Notes: generated from the sequence alone by a model not told the origin. A DNA stretch of 64,000 bases from Bacillota bacterium (GCA_012518315.1 JAAYSL010000084.1:20336-84335); one strand, 5' to 3'. Positions 38,138 to 48,255 are shown, counted from the stretch's first letter. Numbers and translations are program-made.

Positions 38138-39180
38138 TATAGTGTCCGCAAGAATGCCTTTACCAGGCTGATGGTTGCTTGTATATCAGATAGACTCGCC
38201 ACAGAGGCAGGCGAATGGATGTAGCGGCACGGCACAGAGATACCGGCCACCGGTATACCACCTTTGGTTAGCTGAATCTTGCCAGCATCAGTGCCACCGG
38301 TGGTTGCCCGGCGAAACTGGATAGGTATATTCTCTTTTTCTGCCACCTCTTGGAGCTTCTCCACTAAAGGTCTGGCCGGAATTGAGGTTCTGTCCATGAT
38401 GGTCAGGGCCGGGCCCTTGCCGACTGAAGTTGCATACCCATGCTCAGGCACATCAGGCACATCCGAAGCAGTAGTGCCTTCAATGTTTAGGGCCAAATCT
38501 GGAGTTACTGCATAGGCGGCCACTCCCGCGCCCCTTAGTCCCACCTCTTCTTGCACAGTAAAGGCACAGACCAAATCACAGTCATAATCATTTGCCAAAA
38601 GCTCCAAAAGCACGTAGCATCCTACCCGATCATCAAGGGCTTTACCTATGGTGATCTCATCGGACAACTTTTGCAAAGTGGTGGCAAAGATGGTGGTTGT
38701 CCCCAAGGGGACTAGTTTTTCTGCCTCTTTCTTATCCTTGGCACCAATATCGATATAAAGCTCTTGCCACTGAAATGGTGTGTTCCGCTCATCCCGTTTC
38801 TGTAGATGGATAGGCTTTGAACCGATTACGCCGGGGATCTTGTCTGGCCCAACCAGCACCTGTTTCGCTACCAATACACGGCGATCAATGCCTCCCACGG
38901 GTTTGAACCGAAGAAGGCCGGAGTCTTCTACACCTACTACCATTAATCCTACTTCATCCATGTGAGCTGTGAGCATGACTTTCGGACCATGGCCCTTGCC
39001 CTGTTTGTATGCCAGCACATTACCCAAAGCATCAGTTTTGAGCTCCACACCGGGCCTACTTGCTGCCTCTTTCTTGATGAGATCTCTAATCTCGGTTTCC
39101 TGACCTGAGACACCCGCCGCCTCACTTAACCTTGCTAGAAGCATTGTAATCCCTCCACAAACTCGGAATCGATGGAACAT
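38137..39180 (-). CDS. M42 family aminopeptidase, paralog 2
   Basis: MLTAHMDEVGLMVVGVEDSGLLRFKPVGG. The start may be the internal ATG at 39144. Confidence 0.85.
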   Translation of the reverse strand: MFHRFRVCGGITMLLARLSEAAGVSGQETEIRDLIKKEAASRPGVELKTDALGNVLAYKQGKGHGPKVMLTAHMDEVGLMVVGVEDSGLLRFKPVGGIDRRVLVAKQVLVGPDKIPGVIGSKPIHLQKRDERNTPFQWQELYIDIGAKDKKEAEKLVPLGTTTIFATTLQKLSDEITIGKALDDRVGCYVLLELLANDYDCDLVCAFTVQEEVGLRGAGVAAYAVTPDLALNIEGTTASDVPDVPEHGYATSVGKGPALTIMDRTSIPARPLVEKLQEVAEKENIPIQFRRATTGGTDAGKIQLTKGGIPVAGISVPCRYIHSPASVASLSDIQATISLVKAFLRTL

Positions 39181-40190
39181 ATAAACATGGCCAGCAACCT
39201 GGCAGCTGCCTCAAGATCCGACCATTCCAGCGTCTCTACCGGTGTATGCATATAGCGTAGTGGTAGGGAGATGAGCGCTGTAGGGATTCCGTGTTGAGTT
39301 ATCTGTATAGCATAGGCATCAGTACCCCCTGGACGAGTAGCCGGTTCAATACCATAGGGTATCCCCCACTTTTTCGCTAGCTCCAGCAGGCGGTCATAGA
39401 TCTTGGGGTGCACCTGAGGCCCAATACATATACCAGGGCCCTTCCCTAGAGGCAAAGTGTCATAGGCCGGTACTCCCGGTATATCGCCATGGCCTACATC
39501 TAGGGCAATCCCAATATCCGGCACGATTCCGTAAGTACTAACGGTGGCACCCCTAACTCCTACTTCCTCTTGAACTGTGGCCACCGCGTAGACATCAGCG
39601 GTGTGGGATAGTTTCGCCAAAATCTCCAGGCAAAGGTACATGACCACTACCCCGGCTCGATCATCAAGGGCCTTGCCAGCATACCGGTCATTGAGCAGGC
39701 CGATGGGTGCCTGGGCTAAAGTAGCCATATCACCGATAGCGACTAGCTCTTTCAATGTTTCATCATCTAGTCCCACATCGATGAATAAGTCTTTGATCTT
39801 AACTGACTTGTCTTGCTCCCCTGGCTCCTGGATGTGGGGAGGCTTGGCACCAATTACCCCTACTAGATCCTTCTTGCCGTGAACCACCACCGTTTGAGCC
39901 AGGAGCACCCGCTCATCTATGCCTCCAATATTAGAAAACCGCAGAAACCCTCCCGGCTCATAGCCTGTAACTACCAACCCAATCTCATCCATATGGGCAG
40001 CTAACATGATTCTTTTGCGGGGTTCAGAGCCACTCCCCCGCCTTAACATGACAAGATTGCCCAACTTGTCCTCTTTTACCTGGTCAACCAATGGCTCAAA
40101 GGCCTTGGTTAGTAAGGGCACCAAATCTGACTCATAGCCAGATACGCCCCTCCCCCCAGAAAGCGCTTGTAAGAGGTCCTTACCTGTCAT
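39135..40190 (-). CDS. M42 family aminopeptidase, paralog 3
   Basis: MLAAHMDEIGLVVTGYEPGGFLRFSNIGG. Confidence 0.85.
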   Translation of the reverse strand: MTGKDLLQALSGGRGVSGYESDLVPLLTKAFEPLVDQVKEDKLGNLVMLRRGSGSEPRKRIMLAAHMDEIGLVVTGYEPGGFLRFSNIGGIDERVLLAQTVVVHGKKDLVGVIGAKPPHIQEPGEQDKSVKIKDLFIDVGLDDETLKELVAIGDMATLAQAPIGLLNDRYAGKALDDRAGVVVMYLCLEILAKLSHTADVYAVATVQEEVGVRGATVSTYGIVPDIGIALDVGHGDIPGVPAYDTLPLGKGPGICIGPQVHPKIYDRLLELAKKWGIPYGIEPATRPGGTDAYAIQITQHGIPTALISLPLRYMHTPVETLEWSDLEAAARLLAMFICSIDSEFVEGLQCF

Positions 40191-40442
40191 CCATATTTCC
40201 TCCTATCGCACCATAACACACAGGTAGCCATACCTTGTTAGTATAACGTTTAACCTATTAACAGTTGTACATCGGAGGTAGCTATTCCTTTCCATTGCCA
40301 CTGATAATTGCCGATAATCACCACCGGTTGAATGTGATGATATGGAGAAACCTCGCAAAGACAAGTTCAAAGAACCAGATACCATACTAACCACCCAGAC
40401 AGATGCATAGGAATAATAAGCGGCAAGACAGGCGTTCTGGAG

Positions 40443-40889
40443 GTGAGGATATTGCGCCGAAGGACTCATCCGGTTTTAGCCTTCATAGGGTTTGTGCTGG
40501 GGGCAATGGTCGCGCTGGTTAGTCAGGAGGAATTACTAGACATCCCGCAAGTCACAAGATTTTCCTGGCGTTCACCATCGATTGCCCAGCCTGCAGAAGT
40601 AGAGGCTGAGCCACCGCGTATCGGATTTGTGTCTGATTCTGTCGCCATAGAAGAGTGGCAAAGCCAGCACCAAGACTACCATCTCAACCAAGTCCTGCAA
40701 CTTCGCTCTCGGGGCTTAGAGGTGCAATTATTGCAACAGCGCCTCCGTGAGCTCGGATTCTTTCCCGGTGAAGTCAGTGGCCTCTTTGATGAATCTACTC
40801 AGAACGCTGTAAAGGCTTTTCAGAAAGAACGGGGGCTCGTAACTGACGGAAAAGTAGGGCCTGAGACTTATTCAGCTTTAGGGTTTTGA
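40443..40889 (+). CDS. membrane-anchored peptidoglycan-binding domain protein
   Basis: N-terminal TM and C-terminal PG_binding_1 motif (LQQRLRELGFFPGEVSGLFDESTQNAVKAFQKERGLVTDGKVGPETYSAL). Confidence 0.7.
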   Translation: MRILRRRTHPVLAFIGFVLGAMVALVSQEELLDIPQVTRFSWRSPSIAQPAEVEAEPPRIGFVSDSVAIEEWQSQHQDYHLNQVLQLRSRGLEVQLLQQRLRELGFFPGEVSGLFDESTQNAVKAFQKERGLVTDGKVGPETYSALGF

Positions 40890-41000
40890 ACGGGCAGAAT
40901 CGAATTCCTTTATACTTGCACGGCTAGCCTTCGCCAGAACACAGCTTTCAGCCATGTCTCCCAGCTAGCTCTCAGCCAGGGCATAACTCTCAAGGAACAT

Positions 41001-41855
41001 TCACCCCTTGACTGCCCCAAATGTTAGCCCTCTCACCACGTATCTTTGAATGGTCATGGCGAGGATTGTTGGTGGGAGGATGGCCATCAGCATCCGAGTC
41101 GAGACGTACCAGAACTGAATTCCTTGTGTGTCTGAAGTCCCGGCGATCACCACAGTCATCGGTGTGGCCTTTGAGTACGTTAGGATAAATGCAAATAGAA
41201 ATTCGTTCCAAGCAAAGGCAAAACTAATAATTCCGGCACTTACCAAAGCAGGTGCGACCAAGGGCAAATCAATCCGGAGCAATGCCTGAAGTCGAGAGCA
41301 TCCGTCTACCAAGGCTGACTCCTCTAGCTCAACCGGCAGCTCTCGAAAGGCATCACGCAAAATCATTACTGTAAAGGGGATTGTAAAGGTGACATTAACC
41401 AGTATAAGCCCAAGCCTGGTATCAACGAGCCCAAAACGCCGCATCATCAGGAAAAAGGGTATGACAGTAGCTGCTGGTGGCAAAAACCTTTGGGAGAGAA
41501 TCCACATAGCGATATCTTTGTTTTTCCAGCGCTGGTAACGAAATCTCGCCAAGCCGTAACCGGCAAGTGTTCCTATTGTTAATGCCAATAATGCCGTAGA
41601 GACCGCTACTATCAGGCTGGTACTCAAACCCCCGAATACCTCACGACCTCGCTGGGTGATCTCGGTGCTCCAGTTTTGCAGTGTAGGCTCAAATTGTACA
41701 AATGGAATGAAGGATAGCCGAAAGACGTCGGCAGGAACCTTTAGAGAGGTGATCACCGCCCAATAGAAGGGGAAGACGAGCCATATTGTAGCTGCACCTA
41801 TGGCCAACCCTATCAAGATTCTTTTCCATCGAGGAACCCGTCTATACACATGCAA
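41001..41855 (-). CDS. carbohydrate ABC transporter permease (CUT1, MalG-like)
   Basis: EAA-loop region (ESALVDGCSRLQALLRIDLPLVAPAL) and 6 TM. Confidence 0.85.
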   Translation of the reverse strand: MHVYRRVPRWKRILIGLAIGAATIWLVFPFYWAVITSLKVPADVFRLSFIPFVQFEPTLQNWSTEITQRGREVFGGLSTSLIVAVSTALLALTIGTLAGYGLARFRYQRWKNKDIAMWILSQRFLPPAATVIPFFLMMRRFGLVDTRLGLILVNVTFTIPFTVMILRDAFRELPVELEESALVDGCSRLQALLRIDLPLVAPALVSAGIISFAFAWNEFLFAFILTYSKATPMTVVIAGTSDTQGIQFWYVSTRMLMAILPPTILAMTIQRYVVRGLTFGAVKG

Positions 41856-41872
41856 CCCTCCTTTGATGCTAG

Positions 41873-42787
41873 CTATTCATCGTACTGGCTGCGATAGCCC
41901 CGGAAGAAAACGAAGGTAACCGCAAGCATAACGACAAGTAGGATAAAGGCAATGGCGGTAGCCTCTCCAAGGTTCTGATCCCTCAGCCCAGCTGTGTAGA
42001 CATTAAATGTCAATGTGCGAGTTGCGAGACCTGGCCCACCATTGGTTAGTGAAAATGGTATATCAAAGATCTTAAAGGCCTCCACTGTCCTAAGCAGAAT
42101 GACTGTAGTAAGGGCAGGGCGAATCATCGGCAGAGTAATGTAAACGAATTCTTGCCAGCTGCTGGTCGCATCTAGCGCTGCCGCCTCATATAGCTCATTT
42201 GGGACTGCTTGTAGTGCCGCCAAGAGAACCAGAAATGCAAATGGTGTCCACTGCCATGTATCTGCGAATACTACTGCCACCTTGGCCCACACAGGCTCAG
42301 AAAGCCAATTTACCTTATCTAGCCCAATAGCCAACAGGAAATTGTTGATGGGACCCCCTTCTTCATAAAAGATGATCATGCAAAGATAGCCGATGGCCAC
42401 AGGGGCGGTAAAGAGTGGTACCGTAGCCAGTGTCCTAAAAACCTTAATGCCCCGCATAGGGTGGTTAAATAGCAGCGCCAGCAGTAGTCCTAGGATGACG
42501 GTAAGAGCTACTCCTGCCAACACAAACAGGAGTGTCACGCGAAAGCCTTGCCAGAAGCGATAGTCTGTTAACACCAGATGATAGTTCTTCAGGCCGACAA
42601 ACCCCGTTACGCGCAAGAACCTTGAACTATGTAAGCTTAGGTACAGTGAGTACAAGAGGGGAAATATGGTGAAAACCAATAGCCAGAGAACTGCGGGTCC
42701 AATGAAGAAAAACCGACTATGTTCTTGGGATGATCGAGTTTTAGACAACTTAGACATCACCTCACACTGTAACTCGGGTGGAGGCAT
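41873..42787 (-). CDS. carbohydrate ABC transporter permease (CUT1, MalF-like)
   Basis: EAA motif (EAAALDATSSWQEFVYITLPMIRPAL). Confidence 0.85.
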   Translation of the reverse strand: MPPPELQCEVMSKLSKTRSSQEHSRFFFIGPAVLWLLVFTIFPLLYSLYLSLHSSRFLRVTGFVGLKNYHLVLTDYRFWQGFRVTLLFVLAGVALTVILGLLLALLFNHPMRGIKVFRTLATVPLFTAPVAIGYLCMIIFYEEGGPINNFLLAIGLDKVNWLSEPVWAKVAVVFADTWQWTPFAFLVLLAALQAVPNELYEAAALDATSSWQEFVYITLPMIRPALTTVILLRTVEAFKIFDIPFSLTNGGPGLATRTLTFNVYTAGLRDQNLGEATAIAFILLVVMLAVTFVFFRGYRSQYDE

Positions 42788-42863
42788 GGCTGCTCCCCCA
42801 CCCGACTCATCATGGGTTTACAAACTAAACCAACTTATCCCCTACTACAGGATGGGGCAGCTG

Positions 42864-44531
42864 CTAGTTTGCTGTATAGCCAATAGCCTCCTGATAGAGC
42901 TTAAGCTGCTCTTTCCTTCCAAGCCTATCTGTAATGCGATCCCAATCACGGGCTGTACGATTTAAGGCTTCCTCAACTGAGACCTGATCCGATAGTGCCT
43001 CAGAAATGTGAATATCTAGGCTCTCGATATAATCGGCGGTTCCAGGAATTCGAAGATAAGGAATGTTAAGTGGGTATTCAAACCAAAGCTCGTAATAAGC
43101 ACTCAGAAATTCTGTCATGTCTTCGGCATCATATCCCGTCTGAACATAGTCTTCGACTGATGCTTTGCCGAAGGGAGGCAGGAAGTCATAGCGAGTTCCA
43201 GGGTCGACACCTGTCCAACCGACAAGCACATTCCAGTGGTTGATCCCTGGTGTTGCCAGCAGCGAGCAGAAGTAAGCGACCAAGTCTGGGTTTTTGGAGA
43301 ACTTAGAGATTACAGGACTCCATGATGCACCTGATTCATTTGCCACCTTATTGGGTGGTTCCATTTTGCTCCATTGCTTTGCTTCCAGGTCATAGACTTC
43401 ACTACTGCCTGGAATCGCCACCACCCCTTGTTTCCCTCGAATGGATGAACTGCGGGTATCTTGGGAAAGGGTTCCAACGTCCCCAAAGGTAAACACCATG
43501 GCACAATCTCCCCGCAGGAAAACATCCCAAGCCTCTGCCAAGCCCCATCCAAGCATAGCCCTTGGACCTGCATCGACCAGCTGTTTCAAGATCTCCAACG
43601 CCCTTACATGGCCGGGAGTGTTAATCAAGGGATCCATTGTCTCTGGATCAAACCAGAAGACGTTATTGTAACGGGTTACTGTTGTGGGGTCATCGCCAGA
43701 AGCGGGGTTCACAACAAAGGCACCAGCCAGGGCAATATAGTTGAAGAAGCCCTGCTCACCTACCTTCAGGTGCATGCTGATACCATAGTCCGTCTTCCCA
43801 TCGCCATTCCAATCCTTACCGTTAAAGAAATTGGCTACATCTAATACCTGCTGCCAGGTTCGTGGTGGCACTGGCAGGTCGTAACCATGCTCCTCCTTGA
43901 AGGCGCTCTGCCATGTCGGATCAGTAAGAAGATCACGACGATAGTAGATCACCATCCCATCATGGTCATTGTTGAAGGCATACCAGTGATCACCAAAATG
44001 AAGTAGCTTGTGAATAGGTGGTGCTATAGAGTCCCTATCCCACTTGGGCATCCGAGGGTCATCGAAATACTTGTCAATTGGGATAATCCAATCGTTAGAT
44101 ATGTAGTCGCCCATGAAGAATAGCGGCCCTACTATGGCATCATAAACACCCTGGCCGGTGGCCAAATCGGTAAAGATCTTGGCCTGTAGATCCCCAAACG
44201 GAATCTCTACTATGTCATAGGTAGCTCCGGTCAGTTTCTCAAAATAGGGGCGCCAGTAGTAGTACGGCCCACTGATAGAACCCCGGGGTCCGGAGGCTAA
44301 AGTGGCAACGGTAAATCGCTTCCCTGCCCAAGCTGGATCGGGATTGCCTTTGTCCGCCGCCTCGAAAGCCTCATCGGCCAACTTTTGCTCTATCACTGCA
44401 ATATCTTCTGCTGAAACGACAAATGTACCCAACACTAGGATAAGCACTAAAGAGAGAAAAACACACACCGATGTCGTTTTGGAAAACCTCACTTTAATAC
44501 CCCCCTCATCATAGTTCGCAATATGCTCCAT
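42864..44531 (-). CDS. extracellular solute-binding protein (large LplA/YtcQ-type sugar SBP)
   Basis: N-terminal signal anchor and SBP family-1 fold. First gene of the SBP-permease-permease operon. Confidence 0.8.
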   Translation of the reverse strand: MEHIANYDEGGIKVRFSKTTSVCVFLSLVLILVLGTFVVSAEDIAVIEQKLADEAFEAADKGNPDPAWAGKRFTVATLASGPRGSISGPYYYWRPYFEKLTGATYDIVEIPFGDLQAKIFTDLATGQGVYDAIVGPLFFMGDYISNDWIIPIDKYFDDPRMPKWDRDSIAPPIHKLLHFGDHWYAFNNDHDGMVIYYRRDLLTDPTWQSAFKEEHGYDLPVPPRTWQQVLDVANFFNGKDWNGDGKTDYGISMHLKVGEQGFFNYIALAGAFVVNPASGDDPTTVTRYNNVFWFDPETMDPLINTPGHVRALEILKQLVDAGPRAMLGWGLAEAWDVFLRGDCAMVFTFGDVGTLSQDTRSSSIRGKQGVVAIPGSSEVYDLEAKQWSKMEPPNKVANESGASWSPVISKFSKNPDLVAYFCSLLATPGINHWNVLVGWTGVDPGTRYDFLPPFGKASVEDYVQTGYDAEDMTEFLSAYYELWFEYPLNIPYLRIPGTADYIESLDIHISEALSDQVSVEEALNRTARDWDRITDRLGRKEQLKLYQEAIGYTAN

Positions 44532-44797
44532 CGTTCCGGCAACAACCCTAGTTCTGTCTGGTGAGTACCCCCTTCCCGAAAACCTGCACTACGGAGACGC
44601 TTATATCTGACTATACTGTCATTTCGCCATTGTCGCATTTTCCCCTTCTTCTTCCTGCTATATCTCGCTACTTTGTCAACGGTACGCTACTGTTAATCGA
44701 TACGCCAATTGACCAAGGCCAAACCGTATAGTAGGATAAAAGAGGATCGCGTCCGGCCCTGACCGAAACTAAGCAAAGCAGATGAAAGAGTGATAGT

Positions 44798-45496
44798 ATG
44801 GTGAAGCCCATGTCGCCTAATGGATCAGATATCTGGGTGCTTTGCGATTTTGATGGCACCACATCTGTCCATGATGTGCAGAATATGCTCCTTGATCATT
44901 TCATTGGAGAAAACTGGAGAGTGGAAGTCAAAGCGGCACTAGCCCAGGGAAAAAAGAGCTCCGAGTACATGCCCCGGATCTACAAAGATTGGCCAGCGAC
45001 TAAGGAAGAAATGATTAGGGTGATTGATGAAAAGGCCGATATCGCCCCATATTTTCCCGAATTTGTAGAGTACTGCTATGACAAAGGTTATCATCTAGAG
45101 ATTGTCAGTGACGGTTTGGATATTTATATAAATCACTTGTTGGCCAAGTACAAGCTGGACTTCATCCCCTTCACATCCAACCGCTTGATATTCACCGACG
45201 GCAATGCTGAGATAGAATCACCATTCCGTAGTGATTTCTGTGGCCTATGTGGCAACTGCAAGAAACAAAGGGTAATGGCGGCAAGAAAAGCCAATGCCAA
45301 GTGTGTTGTGTACCTTGGTGATGGTATCTCCGATGAATGCCCGGCTGCCATCAGTGACATTGTCTTTGCCAAAGGTGGGCTCCTGGCCTATTGCCAAAGA
45401 CATGAGCTACCGGCCATACCGTTCGTAGACTTTTCCGATGTGCTAGAGGCCCTTCCCCAGGCCTTGGAGGAACACTTGCTCTCGGTGAAGCGATGA
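44798..45496 (+). CDS. HAD-IB phosphatase, MtnX-like (2-hydroxy-3-keto-5-methylthiopentenyl-1-phosphate phosphatase family)
   Basis: HAD motif I (LCDFDGT), motif II (VSDG), a Cys cluster (CGLCGNC) and motif III (LGDGISD), the same pattern as Bacillus MtnX. Confidence 0.55.
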   Translation: MVKPMSPNGSDIWVLCDFDGTTSVHDVQNMLLDHFIGENWRVEVKAALAQGKKSSEYMPRIYKDWPATKEEMIRVIDEKADIAPYFPEFVEYCYDKGYHLEIVSDGLDIYINHLLAKYKLDFIPFTSNRLIFTDGNAEIESPFRSDFCGLCGNCKKQRVMAARKANAKCVVYLGDGISDECPAAISDIVFAKGGLLAYCQRHELPAIPFVDFSDVLEALPQALEEHLLSVKR

Positions 45497-45507
45497 GCTC
45501 ATGGAGA

Positions 45508-45555
45508 AGCCCGCCACGTAACCCTTTTCGGTAACACGGCGGGCTCTTCTTTCGG
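45508..45555. terminator. hairpin between convergent genes (candidate bidirectional terminator)
   Basis: AGCCCGCC-(22 nt)-GGCGGGCT followed by CTTCTTTC. The loop is long, so the call is weak. Confidence 0.35.
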
Positions 45556-45567
45556 CAGGTTCTTATT

Positions 45568-46761
45568 CTACCCGCGTTCTCTGGCAATCTTCTCCTGATA
45601 GCCACTCTGGCGGTAAGCCTCTAGGGGAGCTATCGGAACTTGTAGTTCCTCTCTGACATTCACCAAAAGTGGTGTGACATCCCGATCATATGCGGCTCTT
45701 AGGATAGTTTCCGCCCCAATGATATCTCCTTCCCTTTGGGCTTCTCGCAGGGCTTGGCGGTCAACCAATAGAGCCTTGGCATATGCTGCTTGGATGCTCT
45801 CTACTGACTGGATCATGGCCGCTACCTTGGGCTTTACATTGTGACTTTGATCGATCATATAGGCGACATTTAGGTCTTCCTGCAGATCCTCTGCCCCTGC
45901 TACTAGTTCGTTATAGATCAAAAACAACTCATAGGGGTTAGTAGAGCCAGTGGTCAGATCATCATCAGCGTACTTCTTCGAGTTAAAATGAAAACCACCT
46001 AACTTGCCTTCATCGATGAGATAGGCAACGATTTGTTCAATGTTGGTACCTAGGGGATGGTGGCCTAGATCCACAAGTGTCTGGGCTTTAGGGCCAAGCT
46101 TCGTGGCCAAAAGTGTCGCCATGCCCCAGTCGGCCAGATCAGTATGATAAAAAGCTGGCTCAAAGAATTTGTACTCGATTAAGAGGCGCTGATCATCGGC
46201 CAAAGCGTCACAGACTATCCGAAGCGTGTCCTCCAAACGCTTTTTTCTAGCCCTGAAATCATCTTGACCAGGATAGTTGGTGCCATCGGCTAGCCAAAGG
46301 CTTAGTACCTTGGAGCCAGTGATGTTCATGATCTCTATACATTCCAAAATGTGGTCCAATGCTTTGCGCCGTACTACTTTATCTGGATGACAAAGGCTGC
46401 CTAGTTTATACTCTGGTTCCTGAAAAAGGTTGGGATTAATCGCCCCGATGGTCAAGTCTAGTTCGGCAGCGTAGTCTACAACTCTCTCGTAATCATCTAC
46501 CTCATCCCAAGGGATATGCAAAGCTACACTAGGAGTAATGCCTGTCATTTGATGAACCATGGCAGCATCATCGAGCTTCTCGAATACAGTCCGGGCGGCT
46601 CCTGGTTGATGAAATACCTGAAAGCGGGTGCCACTGTCAGCATATCCCCAGGAAGGGGTCTCGATCTTTTGATTAAGTAGCGATTCCTTGGCTTTCGCTA
46701 TGTCTACCCCACCCGGAAGACTCTTCTCAAAATGTGCATAGGCTTGATCCATTGTGCCCAC
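45568..46761 (-). CDS. TIM-barrel sugar isomerase (xylose-isomerase-like fold; L-rhamnose-isomerase-like)
   Basis: 397-aa ORF with conserved block [14 protein letters not shown]...HIPWDE typical of xylose-isomerase-fold sugar isomerases. The exact substrate is not assignable from sequence. Confidence 0.55.
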   Translation of the reverse strand: MGTMDQAYAHFEKSLPGGVDIAKAKESLLNQKIETPSWGYADSGTRFQVFHQPGAARTVFEKLDDAAMVHQMTGITPSVALHIPWDEVDDYERVVDYAAELDLTIGAINPNLFQEPEYKLGSLCHPDKVVRRKALDHILECIEIMNITGSKVLSLWLADGTNYPGQDDFRARKKRLEDTLRIVCDALADDQRLLIEYKFFEPAFYHTDLADWGMATLLATKLGPKAQTLVDLGHHPLGTNIEQIVAYLIDEGKLGGFHFNSKKYADDDLTTGSTNPYELFLIYNELVAGAEDLQEDLNVAYMIDQSHNVKPKVAAMIQSVESIQAAYAKALLVDRQALREAQREGDIIGAETILRAAYDRDVTPLLVNVREELQVPIAPLEAYRQSGYQEKIARERG

Positions 46762-46842
46762 CTCTCCTTTCGCTGGCTGTCCGTCCGCATTACATGCTAC
46801 TTACCATTATTTCCCGAGGGGATAGACATTTCCTGCAATTTT

Positions 46843-47886
46843 TCAGACTACATTTCTCTCCCACCACTCGTCTGTACTACTTAGAGTCAATGCTCCTGCT
46901 ACCCGCTGGACTGCCTTAATCATCTGACCGAATTGCCGGGGAGTCAGGGATTGCGCACCATCAGACAAGGCAGTATCTGGATTTGGGTGTACTTCCACCA
47001 TGAGGCCTTGGGCCCCAGCGGCGACAGCTGCACACCCAGCTGGGGTCACCAATTCACTTCTCCCGGTGGCATGGCTGGGATCAGCAATCACCGGTAAGTG
47101 GCTCAGTCGTCTCGCCAAGGCGATAGCCCCCACATCTAGAGTATTGCGGGTAGCTGTCTCAAAGGTACGAATACCTCTTTCACAAAGAATGACCTGGTAG
47201 TTGCCTTCGGATAAGATGTATTCGGCTGCCATCAGCCATTCTTCAATGGTAGCCGAAAGCCCTCGCTTGAGTAGCACCGGTTTGCGAGAATGCCCCACTT
47301 GCCTGAGTAAGGAGAAGTTTTGCATATTGCGAGCCCCAATCTGTAGAATATCTACGTACCGGGCGACCAATTCTACATCAGAAGGGTTGATTACCTCAGA
47401 AACAGTGGGCATACCAAAGGTCTCCCCTGCTTCTTGGAGATATTCTAGACCCCTTTCACCTAGCCCCTGGAAGCTATATGGTGATGTACGGGGTTTGAAG
47501 GCACCACCCCGCAAAATCGAGGCACCGGCGATTTTTACTTGTTCGGCTGTTTCTAGAATCTGCTCTCTACTCTCAATGGCACAAGGGCCTGCCATATAGA
47601 CCATCTTGCCATCACCAATGGTCACGTTTTTGATCTGGATAATGCTATCTTCGGCCTTGGCATCACGACTAGTAAGTTTGTACGGGGCCATGATGGGAAC
47701 AGCTTTTTCCACTCCGGGCAATCCCTCAAAAAAGCTAGGTTCCAGTCCATTCTTGTCTCCGACAAGTCCGATGACTGTTCTGGCCACCCCAACAATTACG
47801 TGGGGTTCTAGCCCATAGTGCTTGATCCGGGCGACAATATCCTGTAGTTCGGTCTCACTTGCCTCTTTTTGTAGGACAATAATCAT
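46843..47886 (-). CDS. aroG: 3-deoxy-7-phosphoheptulonate (DAHP) synthase, type I-beta with N-terminal regulatory domain
   Basis: N-terminal ferredoxin-like/ACT-like domain, then the KDO8PS/DAHPS barrel (GPCAIESREQ..., KPRTSPYSFQGLG, ADPSHATG). RBS TAGGAGG. Confidence 0.9.
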   Translation of the reverse strand: MIIVLQKEASETELQDIVARIKHYGLEPHVIVGVARTVIGLVGDKNGLEPSFFEGLPGVEKAVPIMAPYKLTSRDAKAEDSIIQIKNVTIGDGKMVYMAGPCAIESREQILETAEQVKIAGASILRGGAFKPRTSPYSFQGLGERGLEYLQEAGETFGMPTVSEVINPSDVELVARYVDILQIGARNMQNFSLLRQVGHSRKPVLLKRGLSATIEEWLMAAEYILSEGNYQVILCERGIRTFETATRNTLDVGAIALARRLSHLPVIADPSHATGRSELVTPAGCAAVAAGAQGLMVEVHPNPDTALSDGAQSLTPRQFGQMIKAVQRVAGALTLSSTDEWWERNVV

Positions 47887-47911
47887 GTCTTTTGCCTCCT
47901 AACTTGGGAAT

Positions 47912-48220
47912 AACAAAACCCCTCATCCGATAAGGGACGAGGGGTTACTCGCGGTACCACCCTATTTGTGTGACGCAAAATCACACCACTTTAATCAGAC
48001 ACCTTTATCTATGAGCATAAAGCTACAGACAGTCGAGGCCTGCTTCCTTATAACGGTGGAAGTCTCCGTTGTTGCCTACTTCAAGTTCAGCAACACGGCT
48101 CCGGGGAGAACTTCACCTCTACCTTACGTACCGGCTTACACCTAACCCGGCTCTCTAGAACGTTTCAGCAGAACTACTTTTCCCCTTCATTGCCTTTTTA
48201 CAGACTGCTTGCATATGTTA
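47912..48220 (-). ncRNA. T-box riboswitch leader upstream of aroG
   Basis: Minus-strand leader contains the T-box core AAUAGGGUGGUACCGCGAG (plus coordinates 47948-47967), immediately followed by a terminator hairpin AACCCCUCGUCCC-UUAUC-GGAUGAGGGGUUUUGUUAUU (47912-47946). Stem I shows a K-turn/GA motif with AGUA box (GGCAAUGAAGGGGAAAAGUAG), an AG bulge (CUAGAGAGCC) and a distal loop (GGUGUAAGCC). Length about 310 nt. Confidence 0.85.
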
Positions 48221-48226
48221 GTTCCT

Positions 48227-48255
48227 ATTGTACAGTGGCGAGGTACCGCTGTCAA
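48227..48255 (-). promoter_or_regulatory. sigma-A-type promoter (TTGACA-17-TACAAT) driving the T-box leader and aroG
   Basis: On the minus strand, -35 TTGACA overlaps the GerMN stop codon. Perfect 17-nt spacing to TACAAT. Confidence 0.6.
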
